From assembly GCF_009914755.1 (NCBI RefSeq), contig NC_060937.1: a DNA stretch of 64,000 nucleotides. One strand, 5' to 3'. Below the pieces are notes generated by a model. The model did not search any database. It saw nothing but the letters and a program-made list of their open reading frames with translations, and had not been told where the DNA came from. This document shows, one piece after another, positions 28,301-40,200 of the stretch. This DNA is from the human T2T-CHM13v2.0 reference genome, Homo sapiens. Each line of letters begins with the position of its first letter. Position 1 is the first letter of the stretch. Both the position numbers and the translations under genes were made by a program.

Positions 28301-31258
28301 GGACTGGAGTGAAACGGAGTGGAATGGAGTTCAATGGAGTGCAGTGGAGTTGAGTGCAATGGAATGGAGTGCAGTGGAATGGAATGGAATGGAATGGAAT
28401 GGAATGGAGTGGAATGGAAAGGAATATAGTGGAATGCAATGGAATGGAACTGAAAGGAATGGAATGGAGTGGAATCGAATGGCATGGAACAAAGTGGCAC
28501 GGAACACAATGGCACGGAATCGATTGGCATCGAATGGAATTGATAGGATTGCGGTGAAGTGGAGTGGATGGAGTGGAATGGAGTGGAATGGAATGGAGTG
28601 GAATTGAATTGTAATGGAGTGGTGTGGAGTAGAGAGGAATGGAATGGAATGGAAAGAAGTTGAGTGCAGTGAAGTGGAATGGAAGGCTGCGGAATTGAAT
28701 GGAAAGGAATGCTACAAATTGGAATGGAGTGGAACGCAGTGGAATGGAGTGAAGTGGTGTGGAGTGGAGTGGAGTGGAGTTTAATGGAGTGAAACCGAAA
28801 CGAATGGAATAGAATTGAGTGCAATGGCATGGAGTGGAGTGGAGTGCAGTGGTTTGAAATGGAATGGAATGGATTGGAACAGACTGCAATGGAATGGACT
28901 GGAATGGAATGGAGTCGATTGTCATGGACGGGGATAGAATGGATTCAAAAGGAATGGAATCGAATGGAATGGAATCGGATGAAATGGAATCAAATGGAAT
29001 GCAATCGAATGGAATGGAATCCAATGGCATTGAATGGAATTGAATGGAATGCTGTGAAGTGGGGTGAAGTTGAGTGGAATGGAGTGAAATGTAATGGAAT
29101 TGGAAGGAATGGAATAGAATGGAGTGGATTGTACAAGATTGGAGTGGCAGGTAGTGGAATGGAAAGGGGTGGAATGGAATTGAATGGAGTGGATTGGAGT
29201 GGGGTGAAATAGAGTGGAATGGAATGGAATGGGAAGGAATGGAATTGAATGGAGTGCAGTGGAGTGGGCTGGAGTGTAATGCAATGGAATGAAATGGAAT
29301 AGACTGGAGTGTAATGGAGTGGATTGGCGTGGAGTGGATTGGAATGGAATGGAATGGAGTAGATTTGAGTGGAATGAAGTGGAATTGAGTGGAGTGGAGG
29401 GGAATGGAGTGGAGTGGAATGGAATGGGAAGGAATGAAATTGAATGGAGTGGAGAGGAGTGGAGTGGAATGTAATGGAACAGAATCCAGTGGATTGGAAT
29501 GGAATGGAATGGAATGTACTCAAATGGAATGGACTCCAATGGAATGGACTCGAATGGAATGGAATCGAATTGAATGTAATCAAAAGGAATGGAATAAAAT
29601 GGCTTCGAATGGAATCAAATGGAATGTGGTGAAGTGGAGTGGAGTGCAGAGGAGTATAGTGGAAAGGAATGCGGTGGAATGAATTTGAATGGACTGGAGT
29701 GGAGTGGAATGCAGTGGAATGGAATGCAATGGGAAGGAATGAAATAGTAGGGAGTAGAGTTCAGTGGAGTTGACTGGAGTGGAATGCAATGGAATGGAAT
29801 GGAATGGACTCAAATGGAAAGTTCTCAAACAGAATGGTACCGAATGGAAGGGAATCGAATGGAACGGAATGGAATGGAGTAGAATCGAATGGAATGGTAG
29901 CCAACGGAATGGAATCCAATGGAACGGAAACGAATGACATCGAATGGAATCGAGTGGAATGCGGTTAAGGAAGTGGAGTGGACTGGAGTGGAATGGAATG
30001 GAATGGATTGGAATTGAATGGACTCGAATGGAATGGACCCGAATGGAATCAAATGGAATGGAATCGAGTGGAATGGAATCCAATTGAATGGAATCCAATG
30101 GAATGGAATCGAATGGCATTGAATGGAATGGAACACAATCACATGGAATGGAATCCAATGGAAAGGAATCGAATGGCATTGAATGGAATGGAACACAATC
30201 GCATGGAATGGAATCCAATGGAATGGAATCGAATGGAATGGAATCAAATGGCATCGAATGGATTCAAATGGAATGCGGTGAAGTGGAGTGGATTGGTTTG
30301 GAATGCATTGGAATGGAATGGGGTGGAATGGAATTGAATGCAATGGAGTGAGTTCAGTAGAATGTAGTAAAATTGAATGGAATGGGAAGGAATGGAATTG
30401 AACAGAGTGCACTGGAGTGGAGTGGAGAGGAATGCAATGGAATAGGGTGGAGTGGAGTGGAGTGGAGTGGAGAGGAGAGAAATGGTGTTGAGTGGAATGG
30501 AATGGACTCAAGTGGAGTGGAGTGCAGTTGAGTGGATACGAGATGAGCAGAATGGAGAGGAATGGAAAGGAATGTAACGGATTGGAGTGGAGTGGAGTGG
30601 GGTGGAATTGAATTGAGTGGAGTGGAGTGGAAAGGAGTGGAATGGAGTGGAATGGAAAGGAGAGGAGGGGAGTGGTATGGAGTGGAGTGGAATGAAATGG
30701 AATGGAGTGGAATGGAATGCAATGTAAAGGAATGGAGTGCAATGGAATGGACGAGAATGGAATGGACTCAAATGGAATGGAGTGGAATGGAGTGGGCGCG
30801 AATGCAATGAACTCCAATGGAATGCACTGGAACAGAATGGACTCGAATAAATTGGAATGGAATGGAATTGAATCAAAAGGAATGGAATCGAATGCCATGG
30901 AATTGAATGGAATGGAATTGAATGGAATGAAATCAAATAGCATCGAATGGAATTGAATGGAATGTGATGATGTGGAGTGGAGTGCAGTGGATTGGAGTGG
31001 AATGGAATGGGGTGCAACAGAAATGAATGGAGTGGTGGGTAGTGGAATGGAACGGAGTGGAATGAAAGAGAATGGCAAGGAATGGAATCGAACACAGTGG
31101 AGTGGAGTGGAGAGGAGGGGACTGGTGTGGAATGCAATGGAACGGAGTGGAGTGGAGTGGATTTGAGTGGAAAGGAGTGGAGTGGACTGAAATGGAATGG
31201 AATGAACAGGAACGAAATGGACTCAAAAGGAATTGATTCAAATGGAATGGAATCGAGT

Positions 31259-34200
31259 GGAATGGAATGGAATGGAATGGAATGGAATGGAATGGAATGG
31301 AATGGAATGGAGTGGAATAAATGGAGTGGGATCAAATGGACAGGACTGGAATGGAATGGACACCAATGGATTGGAATGGAATGGACCCAAAAGTAATAGA
31401 ATGGAATGGAATGGACTCAAATGGAATGGAAAGGAATTGAATGGAATGGACTCGAATGGAATGGAATGGAATGGACTCGAATGGATTGGAATGCAATGTA
31501 CTCGAAAGGAATAGAAAAGACTCGAATGGAATGGAATGGACTGGAACTGAACGGAATGGACTGTAATGGAATGGAATGGAATTGATTGGATTTGAATAGA
31601 ATAGAATGGAATGGAATGGACTCCAATGGAGTGGAATTGAATGGACTAAAATGGAATGGAATGAACTTGAATGGAAAGGAATGCAATTTAATGGAATGGA
31701 TTCTAATGGATTGGAGTCCAGTGGAATGGAATGGAATGGAATCTAATGGAATAGAATGGAATGTACTCGAATGGAAAGGAATGCTATGGAATGGACTCGA
31801 ATGGAATGGAATGGAATGGGCTCGAATGGAATGGAATGGAATTGAATGGTCTCGAAAGGGATGGAATGGAATGCAAAGGAATGGAATCGAATGGAATGGA
31901 ATGGATTTGACTCGAATGGAATTGAATGGTATGGACCTGAAAGGAAAGGAATGGAATGGAATGGAATGTACTCGAGTAGTATGGAATGGAAAGGTATAGA
32001 CTCGAATGGAATGGTATTGAATGGAATGGACTCGAATGGAATGGAATGGAACGGAATGGATTCGAATGGAATGGTTTGGAATGGAATAGACACGAATGAA
32101 ATGGAATGGAATGGACTCAAATGGAACAGAATGGAATGGAATGGAGTGGACTCCAATGGAATGGATTGGATTCGAGTGGAATGCAATTGAATGGAATGAA
32201 CTCAAATGGAATATAATGGAATCGAATGGACTCGAATGGAATGGAAAAGAATGGACTCGAATTGAATAGAATGCAATGGACTCGAATGGAATGGAGAAGA
32301 ATGGAATGGACTCGTATGGAATGGAGTGGCATGGACTCGAATGGAATGGAATTTAATTGAATGGACTCGAAAGGAATGGAATGAAATCTACCCGAATGAA
32401 ATGTAATAGAATCAAAAGCACTCGAAAGAAATGTAATGGAAAGGAATGGACTCAATGGATAGGAATGGAGTGGAATGGAATGGAATGGAATGCACTCGAA
32501 CGGAACGGAATAGAATGGAATGGAATTGACTCGAATGGAATATAAAGGAATGGACTCGAATAGAATGGAATGGAATGGAATGGACTCGAATGTAATGTAG
32601 TGGAAAGGACTCGAATGGAATGGAAAGGAATTTAGTGGACTCGAATCGAATGGAATATAATGTTATGGAATGGACTCGTATGGAATGGAATGGAATGGGC
32701 TCGAATGGAATGGAATGGAATGGAATGGTCTCGAAAGGGATGGAATGGAATGGACCCGAATGGAGTGGAATGGAATAGAATGGAATTGAATGAAATGGAA
32801 TGGAATTGAATGGAATGGAATGGAATGCTATGGATTGGAATGGACATGAATGGAATAGAGTGGGATGGAATGGAAGGAATTCAAAAGGAATGGAATGGAA
32901 TGGAATCCAATGGAATGGAAAGGCCAGGAATCGAATGGAATGGAATGGAATGGACTCGAGTGGAATAAATTGGAATTTAATGGAATTGACTCCAATGGAA
33001 TGCAATGGAATGGTCTTGAATGCAATAGAATGGAACGGAATGGATTCGAATGAAATGCAATGGAATGGACTTGAATGGAATGAAATGGACACGAATGGAA
33101 TGGATTGGAATGCAATGAACTCAAATGCAATAAAATGGAATTTTAATGGAATGGACACTAATAGAATGGAATGGAATGGACTTGAATGGAATAGACTCAA
33201 ATGGAATGGAATGAAATGGACTAGAATGGAATGGAATGGAATGGACTCGAAAGGAGTTGGATGGAATACAATGGAATGGAATCCAACAGAATGGAATGGA
33301 ATGGACTTGAATGGAATGGAATGCAATGGAATGGACTCGAAGGAATGGAATGGATTTGACTCGAATGGAATTGAAGGGAATGGACCCGAATGGAATGGAG
33401 TTGAATTGAATGCAATGGAATGGATTGGGCTCAAATGGAATGGAATGGAATGGAATGGAAAATAATGGAATGGAATAGAATGGGCTTGATTGGAATGGGT
33501 TTGAATGGAATGGACTCGAATGGAATGGTATGGAGTGGACTCAAATGGAATAGCATGGAATGGAATGGACTTGAATAAAATGGAATGGAATGGAATCGAA
33601 TGGAATGGAATTGGCTTGAACGGAATGGAGTAGAATGGACTCATATGAAATGGAATGGCATTGAATGGACTTGAATGGAATTTAATGTAATGGAGTGGAA
33701 TGAACTCCAATGGAATGGAATGTAATTGAATGAAATGTACTCGAATGGAATGGAATGGAATGGACTTGAAAAGTATGGAGTGGAACGGAATGGAATGGGA
33801 TGGATTGGAATGGAATGGAATGCAATGGAATGCAATGGAATGGACAGAAATGGAATGCAGTTGAATTGAGCTGACCCGAAAGGAATGGACTGGAATGGAA
33901 TGGAATGCAATGAAATGCAGTGGTCTCAAATGGAATAGAACAGAACGGACTCTAATGGAATGGAATGGAATGGAGTCGAATGGAATGGAATGGAATGGAT
34001 TCTTATGGAATGGAATGGAATTGAATGGACTCGAATGGAAAGGAATGTAATGGAATGAAGTGGACCTGAATGGAATGGAATGGAATGGAATGGAATGAAA
34101 TGGACTCGAATAGAATGGAATGTAAAGGAATGAATTCGAATGGATTTGAAGGGAATTCAATTGAATTGAATGGATTCAAAAGGATTGGAATGGAATGTAC

Positions 34201-37200
34201 TCGAATGGAATGGAATGGAATGGACTCCAATTGGAAGGAATCCCCTTGAAGGGAGTGGAATGGAATGGAATCAACTCGAGTGGAATGGAATATGGAATGG
34301 AGTAGAGTGGAATGGAATATGGAATGGAAAGGAATGGACTCGAGTGGAATGGACTGGAAAGGAATGGACTCGAATGGAATGGACCCGAAAGGAATGGAAT
34401 GGAATGGATTGGACTCGAATGGAATGGAATGGAATGGAATGGAATGGAATGGAATGGAATGGAATGTACTCGAATGGAATGGAATGGATTGGACTCATAT
34501 CGAATGAAATGCAATGGATTCAAATGGAGTGGAAAAGACTCGAATGGAATGGAATGCACTGGAACCTAATGGAATGGAATGGAGTGGACTGTAATAGAAT
34601 AGAATGAACTGGAATGGAATGGAATGGATTTGAATGGAATGGAATGGACTCAAATGGAAAGGAATGCCGTCGAATGGAATGGAATGGAATGGAATCAACT
34701 GGAGTGCAATGGAATATGAAACGGAATGTAATGGACTCAAGTGGAATGGGCTGGAAAGGGATGGACTCGAATGGAATGGAATGGAATGGAATGGACTTGA
34801 AAGGAATGGAATGGAATTGAATGGAATGGAAAGGAATGGAATGGAATAGACTAAAATGGAATGGAAATGAATGCAATGGAATAGACTAAAATGGAATGGA
34901 ATGGAATGGACTCAAATGGAATGGAAGGCAATGGAAGTGAATGGAATGGAAAAGACTCGAATGGAATGGAACAGACAGGACCCGAATGAAATGGAATGGA
35001 CTGTAATGGAATGGAATGGACTTGAATGGAACAGAATGGAATGGAATGGACTCAAATGGAATGGAATTGAATGTACTCGTATGGAATGGAATGGACTCAA
35101 ATGGAATGGAATGGAGTTTAATGAAATGGATTCTAATGGAATGGAGTCCAATGGAATGGAATGGAAAGGAATGGAATCGAATGGAATAGAATGGAATGTA
35201 CTCGACTGGACTGGAATGCAATGGAATGCACTCAAATGGAATGGAATGGAATGGGCTCGAATGGAATGGAATGGAATTGAATGGTCTCGAAAGGGATGGA
35301 ATGGAATGCAATGGAGTGGAATCGAATGGAATGGAATGGATTTGACTCGAATAGAATTGAAGGGTGTGGACCCAAATGGAATGGAATGGAATGGAATGTA
35401 CTCGAGTAGTACGGAATGAAAAGGTATGGACTCGAAAGGAATGGAATTGAATAGAATGGACTCGAATGGAATGGAATAGAAGGGAATGGAATGGAATGGA
35501 TTCAAATGGAATGTATTGGTTTGGAATAGACACGAATGAAATGGAATGGAATGGACCCAAATGGAATAGAATGGAATGGATGGAATGGACTATAATGGAA
35601 TGGATTGGACTCGAATGGAATGCAATTGAAAGGGATGGACTTGAAGGGAATATAATGAAATGGAATGGACTCGAATGGAATGGAAATGCGTGGACTCAAA
35701 TGGAATAGCATGCAGTGGACACGAATGGAATGCAGTGGAATGGAATGGACTCGTATGGAATAGAGTGGCATGGACTCGAATGGAATGGAATTTAATTGAA
35801 TGGACTCAAAAGGAATGGAATGGAGGGACTTGAATGGAATGTAACAGAATGAAAAGGGCTCCAATGTAATATAATGGAAAGGAATGGACTCGATGGAGAA
35901 GAATAGAGTGGAATGGAATGCAATCGAATGGAATGAAATGGAATTGAATCGAATGGAATAGAAAGTAATGGACACGAATAGAAAGGAATGAAATGGAAGG
36001 GACTTGAATGCAATGCAGTGGAGTGGACTCGAAAGGAATGGAAAGGAATTTAATGTACTTGAATCGAAAGGAATATAATGTTATGGAATGGACTCGTATG
36101 TAATGGAATGCCATGGACCTGAATGGAATAGAATGGAATGGAAAGGAATGGACTAGAATGGAATAGAATGAATGGACTCGAATAGAAAGGAATGAAATCG
36201 AATGGACTCGAATGCAATGGAGTGGAGTGGACTAGAATGGAATGGAAAGGAATTTAATGTACTCGAATCGAATGGTATGTAATGTTATGGAATGTACTCG
36301 TATGTAATGGAAAGAAATGGACCTGAATGGAATGGAATGGAATGGAAAGGCATGGACTCGAATGGAATGGAATGAAGTGGAGCCGAATGGCGTGGAATGG
36401 AATGGAATGCACTCGAATGGAATAAAAGGGAATGGACACGAATGGAATGGTATGGAATGCAATGGAATGCAATGCAATGAAATGATATGGATTGGAATGG
36501 ACAATAATGGAATAGAATGGGATGGAATGGAATCACTTCAAAAGGAATGGAATGGAATAGACTCCAACGGAATGGAAAGGCCAGGAATTGAATGGAATGG
36601 AATGGAACGGACTCGAATGTAACAGAATGGAATTTAAAGTAATGGACTCCAATGGACTGCAATGGAATGATCTCGAATGGAATAGAATGGAATGGAATGG
36701 ACTCAAATTGAATGGAATGGAATGGACTCTAATGGTATGAAATGGACACGAATGGAATGAAATGGAATGGAATTAACTGGAATGGAATACAATGGAATTT
36801 TAATGGAAAGGAAACTAATGGAATGGAATGGAATGGAATTGAATGGAATAGACTCGAATGGAATGGAATGTAATGGAACAGACTTGAATGGAATAGAATG
36901 GAATGGACTCGAATTGAATGGAATGGAATTGAATGGACTCGAAAGGATTCGGCTGTAATACAATGGAATGCAATCCAATGGAATGGAATGGAATGGAATG
37001 GAACGGATTCAAATGGAATAGAATGGAATGGACTCGAATTGAATGGAATGGAATTGAATGGACTCGAAAGGATTCGGATGTAATACAATGGAATGGAATG
37101 GACTCGAGTGGAAAGGATTGCAATGGAATGGACTCGAAGGAATGGAATGGAATTGATTCGAATGGGTTTGAAGGGAATGGACCCGAATGGAATGGAATGG

Positions 37201-40200
37201 ACTGGAATTCAATGCAATGGAATGGATTGGGCTCAAATGGAATGGAATGGAAAAGAATGGAATGGAATAGAATGGACTGGAGTGGAATGGGTTTGTATGG
37301 AATGGAATGGAACAGAATGGACTCAAACAGAATACCATGGAATGGAATGGACTCAAATACAATGGAATGGAATGGACTCAAAAGGAATGGAATGGACTCG
37401 AACGGAATGGAGTGGAATGGACTCATATGGAATGTAATGGCCCTCAATGGACTCGAATGGAATTAAATGTTATGGAATGGAATGAACTCGAATGGAATGT
37501 AACGTAAAGGAATGAAATGTGCTCCAATGGAAAGGAATGGACTCTAAAGGAATGGAGTGGAATTGAATGGGTTGGAATGGAATGGAATGGAATGGAATGC
37601 AGTGGAATGGACACGAATGGAATGCAGTTGAATTGAATGGACCCAAAAGTAATGGAATGGAATGTTATGGAATGCAGTGGTCTCGAATGGAATGGAATAG
37701 AATGAACTTGAATGGAATGGAACGGACTCGAATGCAATTGAGTGGAATGGACTGGACTCTAATGGAATGGCATGGAATGCACGCGAATGGAATGGAATGT
37801 TATGGAAAATAAAGGACTCGAATGGAACGGAAATAATGGAATGGACCAAAATGGAGTGGAATGGAATGCAATGGACTCTAATGGAATGGAATGGAATGGA
37901 CCCGAGTGGAATGGAATGGAATGGACTGAAATGGAATAGCATGGAATGGAATGGAGTCAAATGAAATGGAATGGAAGAGACTCAAGTAGAATGGCTTAGA
38001 ATGGAATGGACTCGACTGGAATGAAATGGAATGGACCAGAAATGAATGGAATGGAATGGAATGGAATGCAATGGAATGGAATGGAATGGAATGGAATGGA
38101 ATGGAATGGAATGCAATGGAATGGAATGGAATGCAATGGAATGGAATGGAATGCAATGGAATGGAATGGAATGGAATGGAATGGAATGGACTCCAGTGGA
38201 ATGGACTGGAATGGAATGGAATGGAATGGAATGGACCCAAAAGGAATGGAATGGACTTGAATGGAATGGAAAGGAATGGAAAGGAATGGACTCGAATGGA
38301 ATGGAATGGACTCAAATGGATTGGAATGCAATGGACTCGAAAGGAATAGAAAAGACTCGAATGGAATGGAATGGACTGGACCCGAATGGAATGGAATGGA
38401 CTGGAATGGAATGGAATGGAATGGAATGGAATGGAATGGAATGGAATTGACTGGAATGGATTTGAATAGAATAGAATGGAATGGAATGGAATGGAATGGA
38501 ATGGAATGGACTCAAATGGAATGGAATTGAATGGACTAAAATGGAATGGAATGGACTCGAATGGAATGGAACGGAATTTAATGGAATGGATTCTAATGGA
38601 ATGGAGTCCAAAGGAATGGAATGGAATTGAATTGAATGGAATAGAATGGAATATACTTGAATGGAAAGGAATGCAATGGAATGGACTCAAATGGAATGGA
38701 AAGGACTGGGCTCTAATGGAATGGAATGGAAATGAATGGTCTCAAAAGGGATAGAATGGAATGCAAAGGAATGGAATCGAATGGAATGGAATGGATTTGA
38801 CTCGAATGGAATTGAATGGTATGGTCACGAATGGAATGGAATGGAGTGGAATGTACTCGAGTAGAATGGAATGGAAATGTATGGACTCGAATTGAATGGA
38901 GTTCAATGGAATGGACTTGAATGGAATGGAATGGAATGGATTCGAATGGAATGGAGTTGAATGGAATGGACTGGAATGGAATGGAATGGATTCGAATGGA
39001 ATGGTTTGGAATGGAATAGACACGAATGAAATGGAATGGAATGGACTCAAATGGAATAGAATGGAATGGAATGGATTCGAATGGAATGGATTGGACTGGA
39101 GTGGAATGAAATTGAATGGAATGGAGTCGAATGGAATATAATGGAATGGAATGGACTCGAATGGAATGGAAAAGAATGCAATCAAATGGAATAGAATGCA
39201 ATGGACACGAATGGAATGGAGTAGAATGGAATGGACTCGTATGGAATGGAGTGGCATGGACTTGAATGGAATGGAATTTAATTGAAAGGACTGGAAAGGA
39301 ATTGAATGGAATGGACTCGAATGGAATGTAAAGGAAAGAAAAGGACTCGAATGGAATGGAATGGAATGGAAAGGAATGGACCCAATGGATAGGAATGGAG
39401 TGGAATGGAATGGAATGGAATGCATTCGAATGGAATGGAATGGAATTGACTCGAATGGAATAGAAACGAATAGACTCGAATAGAATGGAAGGCAATGGAA
39501 TGGACTCGATTAAAATGGAAAGGAATTTAGTGAACTTGAATCAAACGGAATGTAATGTTATGGAATGGACTCCTATGGAATGGAGTGGAATGGCCCCGAA
39601 TGGAATGTAATGGAACAGAAAGGAATGGGCTCGAATTGAATGAAATGGAGTGGACCCGAATAGGGTAGAATGGGATGGATTGCATTCGAATGGAATGAAA
39701 GGGAATGGAACCGACTGGAATGGAATGGAATGGAATGGAATGGAATGGAATGGAATGGAATGCAATGGAATGCAATGGAATGGAATGTTATGGATTTGAT
39801 TGGACATGAATGGAATAGAATAGGATGGAATGGAATGAATTAAAAAGGAATGGAATGGAATGGACTCCAATGGAATGGGAAGTCCAGGAACTGAATGGAA
39901 TGGACTCAAATAGAATAAATTGGAATTTAAAGGAATGCAATCCAGTGGAATGCAATGGAATGGTCTCGAATGGAATAGAATGGAATGGAACAGAATGGAC
40001 TCGAATGGAATGCAATGGAATCGAATAGAATGGAATGAAATGGACACGAAAGGAATGGAAAGGAATGCAATGAACTGGAATGGAATACAATGGAATTTTA
40101 ATGGAAAGGACACTAATGGTGTGGAATGGAATGGACTTGAATGGAATAGAATGGAAAACACTCGAATGGAATGGAATGGAATGGAATGGAATGGAATGGA

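Larger units (their letters stand above)
1..31258 (+). repeat. HSat3-class satellite, domain A: GGAGT-rich diverged (GGAAT)n with composite ~0.3-1.2 kb units
   Basis: Continuous 5-bp periodicity. Tandem GGAGT runs alternate with GGAAT runs, GGACT(C/G)GAAT blocks and GGAATCGAAT blocks. The landmark GGCATC(G/A)AATGGAATCGAATGGAATG(C/T)GGTGAAGTGG recurs (e.g. ~215, 1175, 1860, 5028, 6539, 14950, 21539, 30250). The last tandem GGAGT run ends near 31185. Confidence 0.93.

Noticed and set aside
200-31000. CRISPR-like reading of the recurring landmark with variable spacers
   Set aside because: The spacers are hundreds of bp of the same pentamer satellite, the landmarks are degenerate, there are no cas genes, and the context is primate.
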